From a virus, in IMG/VR virus record IMGVR_UViG_3300045988_086665: DNA of 44,765 nt; one strand, given 5' to 3'. The notes beneath the pieces were generated by a model. That model saw nothing but the letters and a program-made list of their open reading frames with translations, was not told the origin of the DNA and ran no database searches. Made by a program: the position numbers and the translations under genes. Numbering within the stretch: position 1 is the first letter of the stretch; the number at the start of each line of letters is the position of its first letter. Below, one piece after another: positions 7,899 through 17,035 of this stretch.

Positions 7899-10800
7899 AT
7901 GGTAAGTGAAGACAAACAGCAGATTCTTGACATCAAGGTCAAGTACGAGGATGCAATCTATGGAATCATCAGATACAAGGAGAAGATTGATCAGCTAAAG
8001 CAATCCATCAAGGACTTGCAGCAGCAGGAAAAAGACAAGACCATCACGACCAACGAGATGAAGGTGCAAACGGAAGCCATCAACGCAACCATCAAGGAGT
8101 ACCAGTACAACGTGCGTGCCTTGCAGAAGGAAATCCAGAACAACGTGCGCACAGAGAACGAGCAGGAGGGCAGTTTGAAGCAGCTGCGTGCCCAGCTTTC
8201 CAATGCCACCAAGCAATACGATGAGATGGCAAAGGCAGAGCGTGAGGGAGCGAAGGGGCAAGCACTAGCCAAGCACATAAACGAGATAACGGAAAAGCTG
8301 AAACTGGCAGAGGAGGAGACGCAACGATATTATCGCAACGTTGGCAATTACTACAACTCGATGATGCAAGCAGCAGATGACCTGCAGGGGACGGAGTTCT
8401 TTGGTATGGATATTGTCAATGATACCGAGGTTAGCAACATCATCAAGCTGGCGCAGAATATGGATGGACTGACAGACAAGCTGAAGGCGTTCGGTAAGAC
8501 CGCAATCGGCTTGGTTATGAATCCATATTTTGCAGCACTCGCTGGCGTTGTCGGTGTTGGTATGACATTTAAGTGGTTCTATGACTACAACAAGGGATTG
8601 ATGGAAGCCACACGACTGACAAAGGAATTCACTGGCTACACCGGGGAGGCATTGGAGACGATGAGGAACAGCATCGCAGCCACAGCGGACTCCATGGGAA
8701 AGGATTTCAAGGACGTTCTCGGAACGGCTGACAACCTTATGGCTAATTTCCATCTATCGGGCGAGCAGGCGATGGACGTAATCAACAAGGGCTTTGCAAG
8801 CGGTGCAGACCTATCGGGCGATATGTTGCAGAAGATACAGCAGTATGCGCCCACCTTCCACGATGCAGGAATATCGGCAGACCAGCTTGTGGCGATATTG
8901 CAGCAGACCAGAAGCGGCATTTTCAGCGATAAGGGTCTAGACATTATCACTATGGCTAGCAAGAAAATCCGTGAGATGAGCAGCGGAACGGCTTCAAGCC
9001 TTGACGCTATCGGCATTTCATCAAAGCAGGTGCAGCAAGACCTAGCCAACGGCACGAAGAACACATTCGACATCATCCAGCAGGTAGCTTCGAAGATGAA
9101 GAACTTTGGAGCGGACAGCCAGCAGGTTGGAGATATACTGAAAAACGTCTTCGGAAAGCAGGGAGCGGCAGCTGGTATTCAGCTTATCGAACAGCTCGAC
9201 ACGATGAGCACCAGCCTTGACGAAGTGAAGAAACAGACTGGAGCCTGGGGAGATGTGCAGCTGGAGAACATCAAGTTACAAAAGGAACTGAACACCTATA
9301 TGAGTTCTATGTTCGATTTCAGTCAAAAGGGTTTTGCATCAATCATCACGGCAGGAAAACAATTCGGAACGAAGGTGCTCATTCAGATAATGAAGGGTTT
9401 GTTCAACACCATCAACTACTTCATCGACTGGTACAACGAGAGCCTTCTTTTGCGTGGAGTTATTCAGACACTTGGAGCTGCTTTTCGTGGAGTTTGGTCT
9501 GTAGTTAGAGGCGTGGCAAACCTTATCATCGATGCAATGAAACAAGTCGGCAGAAGTCTAAAGGGTGCGCTCGATATATTGGAGGGTATCGTAACGTTCG
9601 ACCTTTCCAAGGCACAGCAGGGATTCAAGGAGATATTTGACCTTTCCAAGTTTATCAAGGAAGGATGGAATGATATTAAGCAGACTGGCGCAGACTTTGG
9701 AAACGCATTCGCTGACGGATACGAGAACGCAGTGAACGGAAGACTGAAGCATCTGAAACTTGCGAACCTAGACGGTGGAGCGACCAGCAGCGAGCCAGTG
9801 AACGGAAACAAGGGAACGACACCAGCCAAGGGCAGCACCACCAAGACCAAGGCACAGAGAGCCAAGGAGAAAGCGGAAGCCAAGGCAGAGGCAGAGCGCA
9901 GAAAGAAGCAGGAAAAGGAATTGCAGGCACAGATTGCACTTATCCAGTACAAGTACAACGAGCAAGTAATGGACGCAAAGAAGCGATACCTCGCAGGTAT
10001 GTACGACAACGAGCGAGACTACAGCAACGACCTCGAACAGCTGGAGAAGGATATGGTGGCAAGGAGCATTGACGCATACGTGGCGGCTGGAGAGATAGGA
10101 GCGGAAAAGGCGCAGGAAATGCAGGCTAAGCTGCTCGACATTATGATTAAGGCGAAGGCGGACATCAAGAACCAAGCAAAGGAGATTGTGGACGAAATCA
10201 ACAAGGAGTTCGAGGAAGCAGAGAAGAAGCGCAGGGAAGCGGACATTATGCACGGTGGCACTGGCGAGGAAAAAAACAATGCAGCCAAGCTGGAGAGATA
10301 CAAGGCTTTCCTAGAGCAGAAACTTGCAATGACCCAAGAGAATGTTGAAGCGCAGAAGTTGTTACAGCAGGAACTGCACGATACAACTATCGAGTTGCAA
10401 GCCGAAGCAAACAAAGAGCAGCAACAGATACTGCAAGAACAAAATCAGAAGATTGCAGACTACATCGCTATAATCGGTGATGGGTTGGCTGCGTTTTTCG
10501 AGAGTCAGGATCTGACTTTTCATAATTTCCTCAAAACCATGCTGACAACCTACCTAGATGCGATAGAGAAGCAGATAACTACGTCTTATGCAGCTATTCT
10601 TGCAGATAGTATTCTTCATGGCGGATGGGCAGGAGTTGCAAGTGCAGCAGCCAAGCTTGCTTTAATCAAGGCAGCGTTTGCAGCAGCCAAGGCAGCAGTC
10701 AAGGGATTCTCCACTGGTGGCTACGTCCAAGGCTCGGGCACTGGAACGAGCGACAGCATCCCGGCAAGGCTTTCCAATGGAGAGAGCGTAATGACCGCCA

Positions 10801-11021
10801 AGGCGACATCGATGTTCAGTCCGATATTATCCGCATTCAACCAGCTAGGAGGTGGCGTTCCTATCGTAGTAAACAACGGAGGCAGCAACATCGGTATGGA
10901 TATGCTTGCGGCAGCTGTAGCCAGAGGGTATCAGATGGCGCCACAACCAGTAGTGAGCGTTGAAGAGATAAACAGAACACAGCGGAGAGTGCAGACGATA
11001 GAGAATATCGGCAGGCTCTAA
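7899..11021 (+). CDS. Tail tape-measure protein
   Basis: 1040 aa with long coiled-coil thirds and a central hydrophobic segment (AALAGVVGVGMTF). It has a TP901-type core-like stretch (GKDFKDVLGTADNLMANFHLSGEQAMDVINKGFASGADLSGD) and a C-terminal GGYVQGSGTGTSDSIPARLSNGESVMT motif typical of tape-measure ends. Confidence 0.85.
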   Translation: MVSEDKQQILDIKVKYEDAIYGIIRYKEKIDQLKQSIKDLQQQEKDKTITTNEMKVQTEAINATIKEYQYNVRALQKEIQNNVRTENEQEGSLKQLRAQLSNATKQYDEMAKAEREGAKGQALAKHINEITEKLKLAEEETQRYYRNVGNYYNSMMQAADDLQGTEFFGMDIVNDTEVSNIIKLAQNMDGLTDKLKAFGKTAIGLVMNPYFAALAGVVGVGMTFKWFYDYNKGLMEATRLTKEFTGYTGEALETMRNSIAATADSMGKDFKDVLGTADNLMANFHLSGEQAMDVINKGFASGADLSGDMLQKIQQYAPTFHDAGISADQLVAILQQTRSGIFSDKGLDIITMASKKIREMSSGTASSLDAIGISSKQVQQDLANGTKNTFDIIQQVASKMKNFGADSQQVGDILKNVFGKQGAAAGIQLIEQLDTMSTSLDEVKKQTGAWGDVQLENIKLQKELNTYMSSMFDFSQKGFASIITAGKQFGTKVLIQIMKGLFNTINYFIDWYNESLLLRGVIQTLGAAFRGVWSVVRGVANLIIDAMKQVGRSLKGALDILEGIVTFDLSKAQQGFKEIFDLSKFIKEGWNDIKQTGADFGNAFADGYENAVNGRLKHLKLANLDGGATSSEPVNGNKGTTPAKGSTTKTKAQRAKEKAEAKAEAERRKKQEKELQAQIALIQYKYNEQVMDAKKRYLAGMYDNERDYSNDLEQLEKDMVARSIDAYVAAGEIGAEKAQEMQAKLLDIMIKAKADIKNQAKEIVDEINKEFEEAEKKRREADIMHGGTGEEKNNAAKLERYKAFLEQKLAMTQENVEAQKLLQQELHDTTIELQAEANKEQQQILQEQNQKIADYIAIIGDGLAAFFESQDLTFHNFLKTMLTTYLDAIEKQITTSYAAILADSILHGGWAGVASAAAKLALIKAAFAAAKAAVKGFSTGGYVQGSGTGTSDSIPARLSNGESVMTAKATSMFSPILSAFNQLGGGVPIVVNNGGSNIGMDMLAAAVARGYQMAPQPVVSVEEINRTQRRVQTIENIGRL

Positions 11022-11040
11022 TGGTGTTGTTATTTTATCA

Positions 11041-11123
11041 AAATTTGCGTTCTGAGCGGTTTTTGGTCGAAGGTGGTAAAGTTATACGCCCAAGGCAGTA
11101 AAAGCCGCTTAGAGCGCAAATTT
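11041..11123 (+). terminator. Large hairpin after the tape-measure gene (operon-end terminator candidate)
   Basis: aaatttgcgttctgagcgg (11041-11059) pairs with ccgcttagagcgcaaattt (11105-11123). The stem is 19 bp and its only two non-Watson-Crick positions are G-U on the + strand transcript. It is followed by tttcgg. Confidence 0.45.
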
Positions 11124-11146
11124 TCGGCTTGTTTAGGAAAATTAAC

Positions 11147-11163
11147 TGTTTATGAGATAAACA
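11147..11163. promoter_or_regulatory. Palindrome TGTTTAT-gag-ATAAACA over the -33 region of the head-operon promoter
   Basis: Perfect 7-3-7 inverted repeat. It is the same element as the 19-nt hairpins at 26782-26800, 28394-28412 and 42327-42345. Confidence 0.5.
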
Positions 11164-11178
11164 TATCGAAAATAATCG

Positions 11179-11186
11179 TATCTTTG
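11179..11186 (+). promoter_or_regulatory. -7 box TATCTTTG, promoter candidate for virion operon 2
   Basis: Exact TAnnTTTG 32 nt upstream of ATG 11218, in the only sizeable gap (196 nt) of the structural region. Confidence 0.5.
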
Positions 11187-11217
11187 CAGCGTTTTAAAAC
11201 TTAAAAATAACGTTTCA

Positions 11218-12525
11218 ATGGCTAAACTCAGAATATACAACGACATCGACAGCCAAGACAACAAGTTTTGGTATCAATGGTTTGGTGGTGACTGCGTATG
11301 CTTTCAAGATATAGATGCTTTTGCGGCAAGCATACCGAAGGATGATGATACCATCGATATGCGTATCTTCTGCAATGGCGGTTCTGTTGTCGAAGGCTGG
11401 GCGATTTACGACCGACTGCGACAGAGCGGCAAGAAGATAACCTGCACCATTGAGGGCAAGGCTGCTAGTATGGCAACAATCATTATGCTGGCAGCACCAA
11501 AGGAGAGCCGCAAGGCATACGAGAACGCTGCCTTTCTCCTGCACAATCCGTGGGTTCCCGGCTGGTGTCTGGGCGACCAGCTGAACGCAAAGGACTTGAA
11601 GAACCAGGGCGAGGAAATGCAGATGTGGCAGGACAAGATGGTGGACGCATACGTAGAGCGGTGCGGGTGCGACCGGGAAGAGATTCAAGCCTTGATGGAT
11701 AAGGACATCTTCATCAGCACCAGCGAGGCTTTGCGCCTAGGTCTTATAAGCAGCACCGTTGCACCAATCAGCGCAAGCGCATCGAAGCGCAATATCGAAA
11801 ATTTTATTAATTCAAAACAACAAAATCCAAAAGCAATGGAGAAGAAAACAGAAGTTAAGGCTTCTCTCCTTGACAAGATCCTCGCCAAGTTGGGCGTGAA
11901 GTCACTGGAGGAAGCAGAGCAGGCGGTGGCAGAGCCACAAGCCAAGGTAGAGCCACAAGCCAAGGTAGAGCCACAAGCCAAGGTGGAGCCAAAGGCTATG
12001 GAACTCAACACAGCGGACGGACAGACACTGACCGTAGAGCGTGAGGAGGGAGACCCGCAGGTTGGCGACAAGGCAAGTCCGGACGGAACGTTTGAAATGC
12101 CAGATGGAAAGACAATCGTTGTCGAGGATGGTGTAATCACCGACATTAAGACCGCAGACGACACCGACAATGAGGGTGGTGAAGGCGGTGAGGGCAGCAG
12201 CGCATCAAGCACCGACAACGACACCGTAGCCAAGTTGCAGCAGCAGGTAGCAGCACTCAAGCAGCAGTTGAGTGACACCAAGGCACAGCTGGCAAGCGCA
12301 CAGAAACTTGCGAAGAGCAAGGAAGATATGCGCATCTTGAATGCAGTGAAGATGGCAGGCGGTGCGGAGAAGGTGCTTGCAGGCTTCAGCAGCCACTACC
12401 AGCCATCACAACGACAGCCAAGCGGCAAGGGCGCAGGAGAGCAGGTGGACGTTAAGGCGGACGCAAAGACTATCAGCGAGAAGGTCAAGGCTTATCGTTT
12501 CAAGAAGCGACCAAGCAAGGACTAA
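11218..12525 (+). CDS. Prohead serine protease (ClpP/S14-like) fused to a scaffold-like coiled-coil C-terminus
   Basis: 435 aa. The ClpP-like core reads IDMRIFCNGGSVVEGWAIYDRL...IEGKAASMATIIMLAA...FLLHNP (Ser and His in the usual contexts). The C-terminal half is low-complexity/coiled coil (VAKLQQQVAALKQQLSDTKAQLASAQ). The gene sits directly upstream of the capsid gene. Confidence 0.85.
   Translation: MAKLRIYNDIDSQDNKFWYQWFGGDCVCFQDIDAFAASIPKDDDTIDMRIFCNGGSVVEGWAIYDRLRQSGKKITCTIEGKAASMATIIMLAAPKESRKAYENAAFLLHNPWVPGWCLGDQLNAKDLKNQGEEMQMWQDKMVDAYVERCGCDREEIQALMDKDIFISTSEALRLGLISSTVAPISASASKRNIENFINSKQQNPKAMEKKTEVKASLLDKILAKLGVKSLEEAEQAVAEPQAKVEPQAKVEPQAKVEPKAMELNTADGQTLTVEREEGDPQVGDKASPDGTFEMPDGKTIVVEDGVITDIKTADDTDNEGGEGGEGSSASSTDNDTVAKLQQQVAALKQQLSDTKAQLASAQKLAKSKEDMRILNAVKMAGGAEKVLAGFSSHYQPSQRQPSGKGAGEQVDVKADAKTISEKVKAYRFKKRPSKD
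11932..11997 (+). repeat. 18-bp in-frame tandem repeat (about 3.7 copies) encoding (EPQAKV)n
   Basis: gagccacaagccaaggta occurs twice, then gagccacaagccaaggtg, then the partial copy gagccaaaggct. It lies in the linker between the protease and scaffold parts. Confidence 0.9.
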
Positions 12526-12572
12526 AACGTTGTAAGAAATCAAGTAAAAAACAAATTAGATATTTATAAATT

Positions 12573-13640
12573 ATGAGTAATACTTTTGATGTAAAGCAGT
12601 TCGAGAACTTTGTCCTCGAACCCGAAAATCTGAAGACCATCAAGGATGCCGTTCAGGAGACATTCTACAAGGATGAGGACATTGCGGATTTCGTCACCAT
12701 CACTAAGGTTAAGGACGGAGACCCTATCGCCATCATTGGTGAGATGGAGATGGTCGGCAAGGCTGGCAGCGGTTGCGACCCAACGTATGACGAGAAGGGC
12801 ATCGCCAACAAATTGGAGCGTTGGAAGCTTGGCGACTGGCAAGTACCAATCAAGATTTGCTATGATTCGCTTAAAGGCTCAATCGCTGAGTACAGCTTGA
12901 AGACCGGCACAGACATTGGAGACCTCACCAGCACCGACTTCATGGTAATCTACACCGATGCACTGGAGCGTGCTATGAAGCAGATGGTTTGGCGATTCGG
13001 CTGGTTTGGTGCTGAGGATGCGCAGACTGTTTCCGAGGGCGGCAAGCTGACCGATGGCTTGAAGAAGGAGTACTTTACCACTTGCGATGGTCTCTTCAAG
13101 AAAATTTTCGCAGCTACAGCCACAAAGAACCGCACCGAGATTGCAGCCAACAAGGAAACCACGATGGCGGAGCAGATTGCGGCAATCCGCAAGCAGGGTG
13201 TGGCAACCGACCTTGTAGACAATATGCTTATGAACGTGGATTCACGCATCATCGATGATCCGAACGCTGTGCTTCTTATGACACGCTCGCTGGCTGACGC
13301 ATTGACTTACGACATCAAGAAGACTTACCACGACATTATGCCTTGGGAGAAGGTCTTCGATGGCTTCCAAACATCGACCTACAACGGCATTAAAATTGCC
13401 AGTGTCAGCATTTGGGACAGAATGATTAAGGGCTATGAGAAAGGCGCTACAGCGTACAACCTTCCTCATCGTATGGTCTTCTGTAACCCTAAGCAGCTGA
13501 TGGTCGGCACACCGCAGGATTCGCTCATTAGTGAGCTGGATGCTTGGTTCGACCACAAGGAGCGTAGAAACTATATCTATTCAACTGGTAAGATTGGCAC
13601 GGCTCTCCTCGAAGAGAATATGATCCACGCAGCTTACTAA
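12573..13640 (+). CDS. Major capsid protein (P2-GpN/HK97-fold type)
   Basis: 355 aa, directly after the protease/scaffold gene. Size and segments such as MVWRFGWFGAEDA and NLPHRMVFCNPKQLMVG resemble P2-family capsid proteins (from recall). Confidence 0.75.
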   Translation: MSNTFDVKQFENFVLEPENLKTIKDAVQETFYKDEDIADFVTITKVKDGDPIAIIGEMEMVGKAGSGCDPTYDEKGIANKLERWKLGDWQVPIKICYDSLKGSIAEYSLKTGTDIGDLTSTDFMVIYTDALERAMKQMVWRFGWFGAEDAQTVSEGGKLTDGLKKEYFTTCDGLFKKIFAATATKNRTEIAANKETTMAEQIAAIRKQGVATDLVDNMLMNVDSRIIDDPNAVLLMTRSLADALTYDIKKTYHDIMPWEKVFDGFQTSTYNGIKIASVSIWDRMIKGYEKGATAYNLPHRMVFCNPKQLMVGTPQDSLISELDAWFDHKERRNYIYSTGKIGTALLEENMIHAAY

Positions 13641-13730
13641 TCGCTCCATATCTTCATCAAGTATTAAGTTTCAAATCCTCAACACCCACAAAACGGTGTT
13701 GGGGATATAACAATTTTAAAACGAATTAAT

Positions 13731-14321
13731 ATGGCAACAACTTGCGAGAGCCTTATCGCCCAGGACATCATCATCCCTTGCGAAGACCAGGTAACAAAGG
13801 GATTGGAGGGCGATGGACTTATCATCAACCGAGACGACATAGACTTCACCAAGTCTGCTGTCGTTGGTAATACAATTAGCACATTGGTCTTGAAGACTGG
13901 CAAGAAGGCATACGCTATCCGGCAGGAGGGCAGCAAGCCATTCACTGGAACCAAGACAGAACTTACCGTTGGTACGTACCGCAACAGCTGGAAGAACACC
14001 GTGGCAGTCGTGGTATTGGCAAACACACCTGACGTTTGCGCAAATATCATTGACGGCTTGGCGAACGGAAAGTTTGTCATCATCCTGCGCAACCTTTCGA
14101 AGGGAGCGGACGGAAAAGCAGAGTACCAGGTATTCGGATATGCGCAGGCATTGAAGGCAAGCGCAGGCGAGAACGACAAGTACTCTGACGACACCGAGGG
14201 CGGCTGGCTTATCACGCTGGAAGAGGAGAGCGTACCGAAGGCAGCTTACTTCTTTTTCGATACCGACAGCGAGACCACAGCAGCCAAGTACGCCAGTCTG
14301 ACCACAGCAGTAGGAGGTTAA
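13731..14321 (+). CDS. Hypothetical virion protein (candidate major tail or head-decoration protein)
   Basis: 196-aa beta-rich ORF after the capsid gene. No tail-tube gene is otherwise recognisable in the genome. Confidence 0.6.
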   Translation: MATTCESLIAQDIIIPCEDQVTKGLEGDGLIINRDDIDFTKSAVVGNTISTLVLKTGKKAYAIRQEGSKPFTGTKTELTVGTYRNSWKNTVAVVVLANTPDVCANIIDGLANGKFVIILRNLSKGADGKAEYQVFGYAQALKASAGENDKYSDDTEGGWLITLEEESVPKAAYFFFDTDSETTAAKYASLTTAVGG

Positions 14322-14324
14322 GCT

Positions 14325-14831
14325 ATGACCTACGAGGAAGCAACAGCCAAGGTCGGGGAGTTGAAGGAACGGTTTGACAGTCCCTTTGACGCATCCGACA
14401 AGGCAGTTATCGAAACTCTATATTTCGAGGTAACACGGAAGCGGTTTGTACCGACAACCTGCCAGCAGTGTTACCACGATGCTTTGATTGAAATTTATCT
14501 AAAACTCAAAAAAGAAAAGGCTATGCCAAAGCAATGTAATTACGTAATGAAGGCAGGCTTCATCATTTCCTGCCCCGATTTCTATAATGGTAAGATTTTC
14601 ACAAACGAGAACTTGACCGACAAGGTAGCGCACGAATATCTGACAAAGTACCCACACATGGAGAGCTACTTTCAGAAAATACCCAGCGAGGAACTTATCG
14701 AGAACAAACAGCCGCCAGCAGGCAGCGACAGCGGTGCAGATGATACCACCGGGAAAGATCCTGCCGAAAAAGCAGGCAGCGACAAGAAAAAAGACCTCGA
14801 CCAAGCCGAAAAAGCAGGCAAGGAAGAGTAA
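14325..14831 (+). CDS. Hypothetical protein with a charged repetitive C-terminus
   Basis: 168-aa ORF whose C-terminus reads PAEKAGSDKKKDLDQAEKAGKEE. It starts 3 nt after the previous stop. Confidence 0.6.
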   Translation: MTYEEATAKVGELKERFDSPFDASDKAVIETLYFEVTRKRFVPTTCQQCYHDALIEIYLKLKKEKAMPKQCNYVMKAGFIISCPDFYNGKIFTNENLTDKVAHEYLTKYPHMESYFQKIPSEELIENKQPPAGSDSGADDTTGKDPAEKAGSDKKKDLDQAEKAGKEE

Positions 14832-14861
14832 TAAAACAACAGGTAAAACGACACAAGCAAG

Positions 14862-16043
14862 ATGAACGTAAAGACAGTTAAGAAGCCGAAGCGAAGAATT
14901 GATATTGGCTACGTGAGCCGATTCAAGATGCAGGCATACGGATATGATAATCTATATCCGCAGAACCTCGCACGCATCACGGAAGCCAGCGGAACGGCAA
15001 TGCTCTGCCTTAACCGCTACGCCCGATTCATTGAGGGCTACGGCTTCGACAGCGACATTCTAGCAGCGTTGGCGATGAACCAGCAGGGGGATACGGCAGA
15101 CGATTTGCTTCGGAACGTATCGGGCGACCTCGCTAGGTTTGGAGGCTTCGCCCTTCACGTGAACTACAACGTTCTCGGGCAGGTGTCGAGCGTGAGCCAC
15201 GTACCCTTTGAAAATTGCCGACTGGAAGAGACGGACGACAAGGGGAACGTGGCGCACGTCTTGCTGCACCCCGACTGGGAGCAGAAGAAAACGAGGAACG
15301 GAAAGCGGTTGATGGTGAACGAGAAGACCATCGAGCGCATCAACACCTTCAATCCCGACCCCGACATCGTTCTTGAACAGATTGAGAACGCTGGCGGTAT
15401 CGACAGCTACAATGGGCAGATTCTGTGGCAGAGCCTAGACGGAAAGTATATCTATCCGACAGCCAGCTACGATTCTGCCATCACGGAGATTTCGACCGAT
15501 GAGGGACTGGGCAACGTGAAGATGAGAAACGTCCGCAACAACTTCCTCGTATCGTGTATGCTCGTAACCAAGAAGGGCGTTCCTAAGTTCAACGAGAAAG
15601 GCGAAGAGTTGGAGAGCGGACAGATGATTTCCGATGAAGACCTTTTGCAGTTCCAAGGGGACGAGAGCACAGCGAAGATTCTAGCTGTCGAGGTGGAGAA
15701 CGAGGAAGACGAACCGAAGGTTGTGGCTTTCCCAACGAAGAACTTCGACAAGGAGTTTTCCGTGACCGATAGCAGCGTTATCGAGCGCATCTACGCACAG
15801 TTCCACCAAGAACTCTTCTACTCCATCCGTATTGGCAAGCTGGGATTCAGCGGACAAGTGATGCAGGATGCCTATGAGTACTATGCTGGAGAGGTGACGA
15901 CAGAGCAGCGATTCATTGAGCGAGCCTTCAAGAAGATTTTCGAGAACTGGCACGATCCAGGCATTCAGAACATAGACCCAAAACTACAGCCGTTGAAGTA
16001 TATCAGCAGCGAGGCGGGAAACAACACCATCAAAAACGAATGA
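14862..16043 (+). CDS. Portal protein candidate (PBSX-family-like)
   Basis: 393 aa. The N-terminal region YDNLYPQNLARITEASGTAMLCLNRYARFIEGYGFD resembles PBSX-type portals (from recall). The size is right and it is the only portal-sized candidate. Confidence 0.6.
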   Translation: MNVKTVKKPKRRIDIGYVSRFKMQAYGYDNLYPQNLARITEASGTAMLCLNRYARFIEGYGFDSDILAALAMNQQGDTADDLLRNVSGDLARFGGFALHVNYNVLGQVSSVSHVPFENCRLEETDDKGNVAHVLLHPDWEQKKTRNGKRLMVNEKTIERINTFNPDPDIVLEQIENAGGIDSYNGQILWQSLDGKYIYPTASYDSAITEISTDEGLGNVKMRNVRNNFLVSCMLVTKKGVPKFNEKGEELESGQMISDEDLLQFQGDESTAKILAVEVENEEDEPKVVAFPTKNFDKEFSVTDSSVIERIYAQFHQELFYSIRIGKLGFSGQVMQDAYEYYAGEVTTEQRFIERAFKKIFENWHDPGIQNIDPKLQPLKYISSEAGNNTIKNE

Positions 16044-16612
16044 CCATGCCAAAGATTGAACGTAAACCATTATTGACGGTCGAGCAGTTCAAGCAACTTG
16101 CAAGACCGACCAGCGCACACCTTGATGAGGATGAGGTGGAGAAGCTTATCCGAGAATGCGAGGATGCCTTTATCTTGCCAGCCATCGGCTGGGCGAACTT
16201 CAAGGCATCAATCGGACTTTGCCCATGGGACAACACCTTCGATGACTCTTTTATTCCCGATTTATTCTTGGACGGAGGCGAGTGGGACACCAAGGAGAGA
16301 GACGAGGACGGAAACGAATTCAAGAAGCTAAGGTATTGTAACGGTGTACGCAAGGCGGTCGCTTATTTCACGTATGCGAAGTTATTGCGAGCCGATGGAA
16401 CAATTATAAGCCGTGCGGGCGGTATGCGTCACAGAGACGAATATTCCGACCATGTGCAGGACATAACCAACAACAAGCAATACAACGACATTATGGGATT
16501 GGCAGAAGGGTATTTATCCGACTGCCTATATTATCTTAAGTATCACGCAAAGAGCAAGCAGATAAGCCCGGTTAGAGGTAGTCGGGCGCACGTGCATGCG
16601 ATAGGAGACTAG
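16040..16612 (+). CDS. Hypothetical head-tail connector candidate
   Basis: 190-aa ORF with an ATGA overlap with the portal candidate. Confidence 0.6.
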   Translation: MTMPKIERKPLLTVEQFKQLARPTSAHLDEDEVEKLIRECEDAFILPAIGWANFKASIGLCPWDNTFDDSFIPDLFLDGGEWDTKERDEDGNEFKKLRYCNGVRKAVAYFTYAKLLRADGTIISRAGGMRHRDEYSDHVQDITNNKQYNDIMGLAEGYLSDCLYYLKYHAKSKQISPVRGSRAHVHAIGD

Positions 16613-16617
16613 AGCGT

Positions 16618-16848
16618 ATGGCAGACACAGTAATCAAGACAATTCCCCAAATGCGGGAGGTGGCTCAAAAGGTCAAGAATGAGACGGAGGTCGGTTGCAA
16701 TACCGCAGACCGTGTCGGAGGGCTTTTCGAGGACATCGTAAATCATATCGGGCAGCACGAAGACAGCCTTTTAGTCCTTGGGGAAAGCGAGTATAATTCC
16801 ATCAACAAGGACGAAAGCAAGATTTATTTTGTTTACGAGGAGGAATAG
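16618..16848 (+). CDS. Hypothetical small virion-module protein
   Basis: 76-aa ORF, tightly packed in the operon. Confidence 0.55.
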   Translation: MADTVIKTIPQMREVAQKVKNETEVGCNTADRVGGLFEDIVNHIGQHEDSLLVLGESEYNSINKDESKIYFVYEEE

Positions 16849-16850
16849 GT

Positions 16851-17024
16851 ATGATTCGGGCATTTGGACACGACATAGCGATAATACAAGCCAAGGGCAA
16901 GGTTATCGCGGCGGTCTATCGAGGAGCGAGGCTTGTTTGGCAAGCGGTCCGTTCTTGCTTCGGGAGCGGGCACTGGATAGACTCTAAACCATGGATTGAT
17001 AGCGAAGCATGGAAAAATAATTAA
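16851..17024 (+). CDS. Small Trp-rich ORF (57 aa, below the track cutoff)
   Basis: Translated by hand: MIRAFGHDIAIIQAKGKVIAAVYRGARLVWQAVRSCFGSGHWIDSKPWIDSEAWKNN. It starts 3 nt after the previous stop and ends 11 nt before the giant fibre gene. Confidence 0.4.
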   Translation: MIRAFGHDIAIIQAKGKVIAAVYRGARLVWQAVRSCFGSGHWIDSKPWIDSEAWKNN

Positions 17025-17035
17025 AAGTAATAACA

